Source of the DNA: Paraspadella gotoi | Lineage: Eukaryota; Animalia; Chaetognatha | NCBI GenBank assembly: GCA_051294375.1 | Contig: CM119263.1 | Location: forward strand, 7,343,891 to 7,407,890 | Direction of reading: 5' to 3' | Length of the DNA stretch: 64,000 bases | Shown: positions 13,801-26,249 of the stretch, piece after piece | Layout: every line of letters starts with the position of its first letter | Numbering within the stretch: the first letter of the stretch is position 1 | Translations under genes and position numbers: made by a program | The notes under the pieces: generated by a model | Databases searched by the model: none | What the model was told of the DNA's origin: nothing | What the model saw: only the letters and a program-made list of their open reading frames with translations

Positions 13801-15272
13801 CATCGACAATCATTCCTCCTTAGTATCATTTCAAGTGGTCTAGTTTTACTAATTAAAACATACATGCAAAAAAATACAAATATTGCCACTTCAAATGAAA
13901 ACCAAATAATAAAAAATAATGAAAAAAGGTTTGAAGGGAATAGAGAGAGAAGTCGGCAGTAAAGAGAGAAAAATAGAGAAAAGAAGGGAGCTGTAAGGGG
14001 AGATAAAGAAAACAGGCGCGAGAAAAAAAAAAGAAAGAGAGAGAGAGAGAGAGAGAACAAGGGGAGACGGCTTGACGAATAAGGGGGGAAAAAGGGGGAA
14101 GAGAAAGAGGGCATCCTTCGCGACGCGGAATGCGATACCTTCGAGTTTATCACATTCCTTCTGTAGTTTTCCGGTTTGGCGCTCGCCCTCAGCGGCGCGA
14201 GCTTCAGCCTGTTTGAGAATTAGTGAAATAAAAGGGCAACGGAGTCGGAACAGTGGAGTGACAGTCACAACAGACACGGCACAACCATGAATTTAATTTT
14301 AACGGTTGATAGATTGAGAGAGATTGACAAAAAGAGTATGAGGATGTTATGTAAAATTTAAATATAATCTAAATTAAACTAAATCTTCAAAGTCAGGGCC
14401 AAGAAACCCGTTACCCATTTTAATAAATGAATGGATAAGTTTATATTGGTGGTGCTAATTTCATTCAAAAAAATGTTGGTACGAAACCATAAGAAAAATT
14501 CACTGCAAAGAAAAACGTTGTTTAAAAAAAAAAACGTCAGCACGGCAAGAACGCCCAGCGGATTGCGGGACTCACGTCCTTGAACCGCGTGCTGAGATCG
14601 CGGATAGTCTCCTCGTAGGATTCCTCGCGAGAAAGAGCCTGTGAAAGAAGAGGCGAGTGTATAGTGAAAGGATTGGGTGACACTTACGCGACCGAGACGA
14701 GCCGTCAAGTCACGGATCGAGAATTCGTACGAATCTTCGCGACAATTCGCCTAATGGAGAAGGCGGGGGTAGAACGTTTAGAACTTAACTTAACTTTTAA
14801 ATGACCAACAATACTTCAATCTGTTGCTCGTTTTAGCGGTGATTAAATACGTTTCGTTGATATGAGTCAATATTTTACTTATCATCTTACGTAATTCTGG
14901 CTTTTCTTTAGGAAAACAACTGATAAACAGAGGAAAAAAATCAAGCAACAAGAAACAAAAATGTCAGTTCTCACCTCAGCCTCGGAGACCTCCAATGATT
15001 TCATGTTGTTGCCGACAACCTTCAACTCTTCCTCCAACTCTTGAATCTTTCTGTTGGCGATAAGACGAAGCAAATAAATATATAAAATCTGGCACATTTA
15101 TTCACTTTCACTTCAAAGACGCAATCGTTTTCTTATGCAAAAATCAATCGAACTCACCTCTCGGCGTGCTCTGCCCGCTCCTCAGCCCGCTCCAAATCGC
15201 CTTCCAGCACAACGACCTTACGCGCCACCTTCATGTGCAAATGGGATGGAGGACACCACGGCAAATGCATGC

Positions 15273-15361
<89 letters not shown>

Positions 15362-18300
15362 GTGTTTAGATAAATTACAAGATCGAAATCACGGCAAAAA
15401 AAAAAAAAAAAAAAAACGGCTAGGAATATAAGAAGTTAGTTAAACATGTCTTAACAAAAGTAAAGAGAAAGACTGTGAGGAGCTGAACAATTAACAGACT
15501 TGACAAACTTTATCGTTAGTAATTTATTACGCAATGTTTGAAAACTTATCCAAAATCTATATGTTAATTAAATAGCTCTGCTCACTGTTCCATTGGCTAG
15601 TTGGCAAAAGACAAAAATAATTTTTCCAAATATTTCGTTATTCATTTCGATGGCCATCGACCAATCCTTCAAGTTTCTAATTCTTAGTCCGGATTACTTT
15701 TTTATAGATTTGAGTTAAAAAGGTAGAAGGTAGAATACTTCATCCGGATTAAGACACGCGATGTGAAAGGAATTCGATCGTTGACGTCACCCTTCAGAAA
15801 TAACACTTTCAAATAATCACTTTATTTATTAACGACTGATATTGTTTAAAATAATTAACCAGCCAATGACGTCACGGCAATACTAAAAATTTAACCAATG
15901 ACGTCACAGCAAACCACAAAATTTCAGCCAATGAAAATGGTTTACGGGAATTTTTCAGAGCGAACGACCCCAGAAGACTATTAAAATACTCGACATCGAA
16001 AACGTAACTAATGAAATTTTTCAACTGATGAAATTGAAACCATTTTTTTCGAAGAAAAATAGCCTTCTCGCGCCATCCTTCCCTCTGAAAAAGAATCCCG
16101 ATTTGCCACTCACGCCTCAGCGTCGTCAGCGCGTTGTTCCGCGCGCTCCAGGTCGACCTCCAACATTGCCAGGCGCCTGGACGCCTGTCAATCACCAAAA
16201 CGAGTGTGAGAAATAAGCTAATATTTAAACGAATAGGCGTGCAAGTAAGGAAGAAGCTGCAAACGACAATAACTATAATTTAATTCTTACGTTTGCGGTC
16301 TCCTTCGTGGACGTGCCAGGTTATCTAGATGTGTCGGCTTATCTAGACGACGTGCAGTGATGCGGAAAACGAAAAATGTGACGCTATTGCTAAACGGAAA
16401 AAAATACGCGAAAGAACGTGCAAAAATAACGAGGCGTGCAAATTCTCCGAAGGTTTTTTTGTTTTAACCAAGAACTTGATTGAATTCTATGGATTGTTAG
16501 AGTCTCGTAAAAACAGAATATAACAGTGAAAACTTAAAAACTATAAATCGTCCCACTCATGACAACTTGCCGCATAATTCGAGTGGGCGGTGGTCGTCAA
16601 AACGCGAGCATGCGAGTACATTTTTTTTCGCTGATAATTCTTTCCAAGATGCTCTTCATTTTTAAAACATTTATTTCGTCGGTCAAAAATCTGAGTCGGC
16701 ACAGCAAATTTTTTTTGACATGCTATTAGTGTCTTTTTTAGCCAGCCTTGATGCTGCATTTTCTGTGTGGGTTCTTTGCGAGTTTTTACAACAGATCGCT
16801 CGTTGGCTTTTAATTTTTCTAATATCAAAAACTAAAGAGGTGCTTAGGTTTTTCCGTGCTGCGAGTTTCACCTCAAAAATTTACTAATTTTAAACAATTG
16901 ATACTTATACTAAAAAAACTTTCAAATTAAAAATAAGTTGAGTGACTGTACCTCTTTCACTAAAGGGTATAAGATTAGGGACGGATCGTCCGAGAGACAC
17001 TCTTCCTTAATCGTTTCTAAGGAATTTGAGCCTGAGGGAAACTCCTGTCCTTCCTTGTCTCTCTCACGTAAATGGGACGTTGTCCTGCGGAAGAATGGAT
17101 CCGCTTGAATGAGATCAACTCGATCGAATTTTATTCTTTCAAATAAATTTTGTATTTCCTAATATTTATAATTTTGGATTATTTTTGGTAAATTTCGGCT
17201 GAAGAAAAAAAAAACTCGCAACAGGAAACCCCTATACGGGATGCTGTCTCAAAAGAGGCAATGAGCTGCACGTAAAATAAGCGAACAGGCCGGCTTTGCG
17301 CACGGCCCATGACGAAGAGATTTGGGGAAGAGACGATGCTCGGACGCGGCTCCGTCCATTGGCGTCTCTAAAACGGTTCCCCTAACGCCTAACCTCGTCG
17401 TATTTTCTGTCAGAGTCCTCGGCGATCATCTGCGCCTCTTGAAGGGAGAGTTCCAACGCGGCGATGCGCTCGTCATTTTGGAAGCTCAAGTTCTCAAGCA
17501 CTTTGCGACCTCTGACGAGTTAGGGACGGGGTGTTTTGTTTTTGTTTTTTGGATAAAGGGAGAAGCGTAGCAAAAAAAACTCAGCGAGGCAAAAATAATT
17601 GCAATTACTAAAACGCTCCCGACTGTCCCACTCCCCCATTACTCAGATTTCTATTGCATTCGAAAGATCTAGCGTTGTAGACCGAAAAAAAAAGATTAGT
17701 TGTAACAAGAATTACAATAATATTAGTCAAACGAAAAAAATAACCCTAAAATTTCGTGCCAAACGCGCGATATTAAAGCCGGCACAACCCACAGAGAAAC
17801 CCACTGGCGAGAAACATCAAGACTGCGACCTTAGTTTTTTCTTCTGTGCTCTACAAAACTCGATCCGTTTCACACTCCGAAGCTTTGGCGTCCTTTAACT
17901 ACAAGTTAGTCAGCTATTCCGTCCGAAAGCTTGGAGACAAGTACTGACTCCTGTCTCCAATGGATACCTCGTCGTATTTTCGATCTGAATCTTCCGCGAT
18001 CATCTGAGCCTCCATCAATTGAGTCTCCAGAGAAGCGATGCGCTCCTCATCCAAGAAGCTTCGGTTTTCTAGAACCTTGCGTCCTCTGATGGAGACACGC
18101 CAAATTAAATGTAGAACTCGGGAGGGAAAAATTGACTCATTAAATACACTAGCAATTATGAAGATATCTTATTAGGTCAGTCTCAAGCTCAAAGAACTAC
18201 ATTTTCTTTAGATTTAACAGAATATCAAGATTTGTACATCAAGAACGGTCCCAATGATAAGCCACATTTCACTCACTATTTTATAACTAATGCTGTCAGA

Positions 18301-21300
18301 AAATGTCGAATAACCTGCGAAAAATTTGTCAGCCAAATAGAAATATTTTTATTAATTAATTTTATAATCTCAATATTGGCTGCATGCGGATAAAACGCCT
18401 TTTACTCTTATAAGCATATACTCCATGAAAGATAGTTTAGACTTTTTGTTTTACATGCTGGTTTCCCAACTATGTATGATTAAGGATTTGAGTTATTTGT
18501 TTGTCGTGAAATCAAATAAGATTCATCATGTAGAAAAAACTAAAATAATTATTAACTTTTTGCTGTCCCAGAATTACAGAAAGAAAAGGGAGATTGAAAG
18601 AAAAAAAATTTGGATGGGAAATTAAAAAGAAAACTAGGTAGGAGAGAAATTTTTTTTTCCATTTAAGATTTAGAACAATTTAACTGAAAAGAAGAAAAAT
18701 TATAAGGAAGGGAGACAATAATTGAGAAGAATCACTTCAGAGTGAGAAAGGAAAATAAATAGAATAAATAAATAAAATAAATAAAATAATAGAAGAGATA
18801 AGGAGGAAATCCTCTACCTCCTCGTATTTTTTGGCGGAATCTTCAGCGATGACTGTCTTTTTCTGAATTTCTGCATCCAAACTCGAAATCTGTTCTTCCA
18901 AAGCGTCATTCCGTTTGTCCAAAACTTTTCGCGCTCTAAGTATTTCAGTTTTGGGTTTTGAAAAAATTTATAATAAAAATATACCTTATTCCATTCAATC
19001 ATCACCCTTGGTTTTTGGTCATTAAAGTTAGTTCACCAATTGTTCAAGTGTAAATCAAAGCACCGTTGAAGCTGTCGACATGTATGCTTAGATTAAATTG
19101 AGGGATAGTGGTTTGGCCCCAAGAATTTCGCTAAAGATACCAGTGTGAAAACGTAGATTGGTATAGATTTGGAGAAAGCAAGGGATGCGAATTACTAATG
19201 GCCATTAGAAAGGGCCTTCACTGTACCTCTTGATATTTTTTGTCTGAATCTTCTATTAATTGTTTTGAATCTTTGAGTTGAATCGCAACTGCCTCAATTT
19301 CATCCTCATGTATGCGAGTAGTTTTTTCCAAATTTCTCCTTCCCCTACAATAATTATAATAACCATGTTGCACATTCAATAATCAGTTTTGTATTAGTAT
19401 ACCTTCAGGTAGAACTTAACGATATATAGCTAATGCTAAAAGAAATTAAACAATGAATAACAATTAAGCAAAATAAAAAAGAAAATCTCGGACGAAAATA
19501 GAAATGAATCGATACGTAGCGGACAAGGAATACAATGTACAAGGAATACAAGGTATATAATGTAAGACTGAATCTGGTGCTTGTCTGTGTGTTCATGCAG
19601 TGCTGTAGTGAATGAGTTGGAAAAGAAAATAGGAGATTCTTTGCTTTACTGCTAAGTAACAATGCGACGTCTGCACTAACTGCATCATTAATACCACATA
19701 CCTCTTCATACTTTCTATCACTTTCTTCTGCTATAAATTTGGCCTCTTTTAGTTGAGAGCACAAAATATCTATTCGATCTTCCAATATTTGCGAGCCGTT
19801 ATCCAACAGCTTGCGTTGCCTTGGACAGTAGTAAAGGATTTCAAGTGACAGAGTTAGATAATGATAAAAAAAAGAAACAATTAATTTTTTTTTTCTCGAA
19901 CGCTGAATCAACAACGAAGCATTAAGCTTTGGACATTCAGACATAAGTCATTTACTTGTACCAGTCTGACAACTGAATCAGATAAAAGGGAAATAATATC
20001 AATCCCACATCCGTCCACGTACCTCTCGGACTCGTCGGCGGCTTTTGACGCTTCCTCCAGCTTCTCCGACGCGATCTGAAGACGCTCTTCGGATCTCTCC
20101 AAGTCCTCCTCAACCAACTGGCATCGGCGTTGAAGAGCGGAGACCTCGCCCTCGGCCTGGAGTGGGTTGTGGCAGGGAAGATTGGATGTTTGGAGATAAG
20201 GGAGGGGAGAGGAACGAAATAGGTTGAGGATGAATTTTTTTTTTCATAAGGTTTACTTCTACAGACAAAATTTCAATGTGCTGCTTTGACAGTTCCGATT
20301 TAAAAAGTCGGTCCTCGTTTCCAATTTGATTAATTTTCGTCTTTCTTACTTTCTTCTCTTTTCTGTCTGTTTTCTGTCAATCGACGCTCTTTCACAAAAA
20401 CTACGCGAAAACCGAATAAAGAAAATAAAAAATTCAAAAGGATTTGGTGACTTAGGACTTTTTTATTTATTCCTCTCTTTAATCCCTTTATGTCTCTCTT
20501 CAAAAAAATAGTCAATCTTGCAGTTCTTATCATAATCATTTCTATAAGGTTTTACCAGAATTTTAAGAGATGAAAATCTTGGGTTTAAATTTAGGAAGGT
20601 TCTGCTAAATCTGCGGGAATATTAATTTTCTTTACTTCGAGTCGATCTCGGCAATAAACTCTGAAATCGCGAGCTGTTTATCCTTGAAGGAGGTCTTATA
20701 AACATTCTAGGCTTTTTATTCAAGATATACCAAGTTCTAAATCCCTGTCGCGAAGGAAAACTGCCACAAAAAAATAAGAACCGAGATTGAATTTCGATTC
20801 GATTCTTTAACATCAAAAAAAAATTCCGAGCCAACAAGTCATGTCACAGAGTCGAACAAATATAGTATTGATCTTTAAAAACATTACCTCAACAGAAGCC
20901 AAATCTAATGTAAGGAAACAAACTATATTCAATTCATAATATTCCGATTGGTGGATTTAAAATCTAGTGGCTAAGGGTGGGCAGATTCACGACGCAGAAG
21001 AGATTTATTTTCAAAGAAAATTTACAAAAAATTGAGGAAATTGAAGAAAAAAGAAAGAAAAATGATGAAAAGGAAGGAAAAGTTTTTTTCAAGATTAAAA
21101 CCGAATGATTGGGTTAGTAACGATCTCCAGTAATTATATAGCGAGCCTTTAGAATGCTAAACGGAAATAACCGAGAAACTCTTGCAGTTTATTGCTGCAT
21201 ATTTTCTTAAAGAGCCAACTATGCCGACTCAATTCACAATACACGATAGACTTGATTTTCTACAACTATTTTATCATTTTTATTCCCCGCCGTCCACTAA

Positions 21301-23169
21301 CAGCAAATCACTGCAGCATTTTTAAATCACTACTGCCGCAGAATCTTCAATCTCTTTCACTCATCCTTTTCGTTCCAAAAAAGAAATTCTTAAACTGCGT
21401 TCGCCAGAAAATCGTTTATCACCAAAGAAAAAAAGAAAAAATCTCATTTCGGTTAAAAAGATCATAAAAGAAAAAAATATAAGGAAATTCAAAACTTTAC
21501 TGACGAGTTTTTCTTTCACAAAAGCGAAGAATCTAAGTTCTCGAATCGCTGATAAAGTAAACAACGTGGTTCACTCAAGTTCGGAAGTTGACTGATCAAG
21601 ACAAAAAAAAAATATTCGATAGGATTTATAATTTTTTTTTCTATTGGTTAGAATAAAAAGGATCACAATCGGAACAATGAGTGTAGTTAAGAAACAAACT
21701 TAACTTAAAAATGACCCGAATATTCTAACAAGAGTAAGTAATCTCGCAAGCGGACAACTACGACGACCACAACGACGATTTACGGAGGAGAACTGGGATT
21801 CTAATCTAGAGGGAAACGAAGGGAGGAGAAATCAAGCTTCGGGTTGAGATGATGATGATGATGATTCACAACGATGTTTGGACAACGTGATAAAATCGCC
21901 ACGGAACTGACAACGAAAATAGTTCGGCTTTGGACGGAAATGGAAACGTTGAAAGAGGTTCACAAACACCATCCATTACCATGATTGAAGATCAAATACA
22001 TTAATTTGACCAAAAAAAACTATGACAGAAGAGAAAAATGACATTAAACAAGCACAGTGACTAAAACAGCAAAACGACGGGAGGCTGCAGAAAAAGAAAC
22101 TAAATCCCAGTGACTTAATATAAGGAAAGTGTAACCCTGAAGACGATTTATGACGGATGAGCCGACGGTAAACAACCTCAATTTCATAATATTTAAAATC
22201 TCAACGCTAGGGAGGAAAAAAAATCGAAGGGCGTTGTTAGTAATTCATTAGCTTGGTTATGAACACTTGGGTTATCATTCCAGCTGTAGAAGTAATAAGC
22301 AGCGTTCAATTTTTTTATTATTACCTAAAAGTAATTCTAAACTAACGTTTCACAGATAAAGAAAAATTTGATTTGGCCGTGAGGAGATACATTCACCCGG
22401 AACCCAGTTGACCCCATTTTTCGTGCACCCAGACAAGCATCACTCTCGAAGGCACCTGCTTCCCCTTCCCCTTAACGAGCAGCGCCACTCGAAACAAGCG
22501 AAGGGGTCGTCAAAACGAGAGGAAATCGAGACCCAGAGAAAAATTACAGGGAGCGACATTGACTTTAATTGAAGCATTAAAAATAAAGATGAAACATTTA
22601 CAACTTCATTTAAATACTCATTGTCTGTAAATTAGAAGAATCGTTAGTAAAAAAGTAACTTTGCAACTGATTTGTGTCCTTTTTAGAAAGCTTTAGTAAA
22701 AGACAACTTAAGTCTTATTTAAAATAGTCACGAGGAAAATGACTTAATTCAAGCGATGGGTCAAACCGCTTTCTCCGACCGAATAGTGTCAATAACTGAA
22801 TATATCCGAAAAACAACTAAAAGGGACCGGGGCGCGGAGAGATAAAGGAAGAGCGATTGACCGAGTCTCGAAATAGGGACGGTGGATACCCTAATTTCTG
22901 ATCCGTCACGATGGAAGGATGCAGTGCAGAGTCGAAAGCGTCACAATCATTTCGACTCCGGGGATTAAACGAGATTTTCTCGGTGGCAAAGAGCGAAAGC
23001 AGATTTCCTCTTCCCAGAGAAGAATTTCCACGGATTCGAAAGACGATTGTCTTTCTCGCAAAAAGAGAAAGAAAAAGAGAAAAAATCCAAAAGTCCTCCG
23101 CCACCGCCGCCGAATCACTCGAGATTCGTCAGCCAAAATCGCGAAAAGGTTAGGCGCTGTCTGTCGTCC

Positions 23170-23213
<44 letters not shown>

Positions 23214-26196
23214 AGATCCGTCCGGTTCCACCCTCGATGAATGTTCCCGTCGGGCCGTTAAGCGTTATCTCCGGTTATGATCTCGGGATCGATTTTTTTT
23301 CAGTTGAAACAAAATCGTTTACATATTTTAGTGACGTAATATGAATAGTAAAGCGTTCTGTTTCGCTAAGTTTAATGCTCAAAAATGCAAAGTCCACTTT
23401 TGCCTAGCTTTCGAAAATGAACGTAAAATAAAATTTCAGAAAAAAATATCAAATATCTCGGCTATAATAAAATATGGACGAAGTACCGGAATATAGGGGT
23501 TCGATTAAATGCGTCAACTATAAAATCTGTATTTAAGACTAGGAATTCTACAAAACACAGACCAGAGGGGAAAAAAGGGTGGGTTATACAATAGGCCAAA
23601 ATGAGGGCGATAAAAAGATAAACGATAAAAAAAAATAAAAGCTTTTTTACACTAAAAAAGTGACGGTTGTCCAAAACTTCGTAGCTAATCAGATGAAGAG
23701 AAAAAAAAAAGTCGGAAAAACGAGGAAAAGACCGGAAAAGTCATTCCAAGAGAAAAAGGGAAAAAAATTACTACATATCTGATTCATTTCGCTTAACCTC
23801 CAAGAAAAAATATATAGGGGACAATTAAAAGTGTATGGTATAGTGCACTTAGTTTAAAAAACAAACGCGTTTATCAATCAATGTAAAGAGAAGCAGCGGT
23901 TCACGCCTAAACAAGGAAAATAAATTGTGTCGACTGAGCTGAGACAATACCGAAGGCGAAGTATCGATGCTGGCAGAGTTGATAACATCGCAACATTTTG
24001 GCCGACCCGGCATAAATTAGATTGGATGGAAGGCTCACGCCCCGCCCTGTCATCGGTTTACCTTTTCCTTGGCCTTCTTCTCATCGTCTGCGATCTGATT
24101 GGCCTTATCGAGCTCCTCCTTGGTTTTGTCCAACTCGTCACGAAGTTCGTTGATCTTTTTCTTCACTTGGTTGGAAATATTAGCTGCGTTTTGCGTTTGG
24201 GCGCTCATTGTTTCTGGAGTCGTAGTTTGAGCGTTCGTGTACAAATATTCGAAATCGCGAGGATTTTCTCTTTTTTTTTTCCCTTTGGATGTCAGTCGCG
24301 CCTCCGAATTTATTGTGTCAGAAATGTTTTTTTTTTCTTTCGTTCAGTTGCGATTTATAGAGAATAATGAGCGATTTTTTAATTCTTTTTGCGAATTCTG
24401 ATAAAAAAAAAACCGACACTGGTTTCGTCGGAGAAAGGGATCTGTTCCCGTCTATCACACCACCCAAGATCGAGAAATGCTGCCTGCGTGCGTGCGTGTG
24501 ACGAAGTGCGTGGGTCTCTGCGTGCGAGCGTAGAATCTCGAAGGACCACTGACATAACTGCGGCGCAGCAGCCGCTTCACCGAGGCAGCTCCGCTGCGTC
24601 TCCGGCACCGCGACGAGAATAGAAAAGTAGTTCCTTCCCCACCGTCTCATTGTGCGGAATGCGACGTACAATATTTTGTGTATGGGACGAAGTTGGATAT
24701 TCTTATTCTAACTAGTTTTTTTACATTTATTAAAAATCGATATTAAATGGTTATTTATAAGACGCAAACACTTCAGTTCCCACATTATTTCTAGTGGTGC
24801 GAATCGGAAATTGAACCTCGACGGAAAAACGGAGAAGCAAAAACAAAAGGCGGGACACGCACGGGAGATTCAATTAAACGACCAGACGTCGGAAGGGACG
24901 GGCTCGGGAGGGCCTTGCCCTTTTCGGAGGAAAAAACATGAGTCAATAGGAGATATTTTAAGCAAAGTTTAATGGACGAATCTATTTAATTATCTTGTTA
25001 ATCTTGTCTTGGGATTTCGTTTTAGAAAAAATTTAAAAATACGCTACAGTACAGAACAGGTTGTTACCAACTTTCATTGATTGATTGTTTGCAGCAAATA
25101 AGTTGTTAAAACCGGTTTCTATTTTCCTGGGAATGACCGTCAAGAGGACGCTGACCGAGAATTGTCCTCAAAACTTAATCGCAAGGCGAGGATTCCTGGC
25201 GCACGACGGAATGGAAGCATCGATTCTGTTTTATCAAATTCGATTAAGTCCAATTTGTCTCAATTTCCGACCGACAAAAAAACGAGGATGAGTCGAGAGA
25301 GTATCGGCTAAGTTGACGCCTTGAGTCGGTTAATTACGTGACGTCAATCAAAGAATTCATTTATTTTAAATTTTATTAGCAAGGTAAATTAGTTTAGTCT
25401 ATGTATGCAGGATAAAATGTACATTGATATATTCGCCCTTTATAATGTTACAAACCAATTTTATTTTTATTGGACGGCCTCGTTTGATGATTTTCATTTA
25501 TTATTCAGACTATTCACAACACCTCTTTGGTTATTTTCAATTGTAATAAAAGTTTCTTCCCGATTTTTTTTTCGAGCCCCAGATGACGAGACATTAATTT
25601 TTTTTTTTTTTAAAGAACGACCTCTTCATTTATGACGGAAAAGGCATTTTCTAAAAGTCCAAATATTCTTCCTTACATTTTATGTATTATGTACTTGATC
25701 AAATTAAATGCATTAAAAAATGTCATATGATTTTTTAACTCCTCATGTTTTCAAATTATTTTTTATCGTACAACTTAAAAAGAACCGAAACGAAATAAGT
25801 TGATAAAGAGAGAAAAGACAAGCGACCCCGAACTGACAACTGACCTCAGCGACTTGTTTGTTGGCCGATTCGAGATTGGTGTTGGCGGTGGAGAGGTTCT
25901 CCGCCGTCGTGTCCAGGTCGTTCTCCACCTGTTGGATCTTCTTGTTCAGGGAGTTGATCTCATCGTCGCGCTTAAGGTAGGGAAAAAAAACTTTTAGTTT
26001 ATGGAGGGCTCTCGCTCTCTATCTTTTTTTTTTTCTTTTCTTCTTCTTCTTTCTTCTTCTTCTTCTTCTTCTTCTTCTTCTTCTTCTTCTCTTCTTCTTC
26101 TTCTTCTTCTTTTTCTTCTTTTCTTTTCTTTCTTCTTTCTTCTTTTCTTTCTTTCTTTTCTTTCTTTTCTTTCTTTTTTTTCTTTCTTTTCTTCTC

Positions 26197-26249
<53 letters not shown>

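Noticed and set aside
15855-15935. ~33-bp periodic repeat superficially like a CRISPR array
   Set aside because: Only three degenerate units, no unique spacers or cas genes, eukaryotic intron context
16291-16345. Donor GTAAGA at 16290 with HVHEGDRK-like peptide and a twice-repeated ttatctaga
   Set aside because: Available acceptors give stops or the wrong phase; length fits no tropomyosin exon
16541-16871. Possible alternative terminal exon after exon 3 ([19 protein letters not shown])
   Set aside because: No homology, AT-rich, and the frame differs between the two copies
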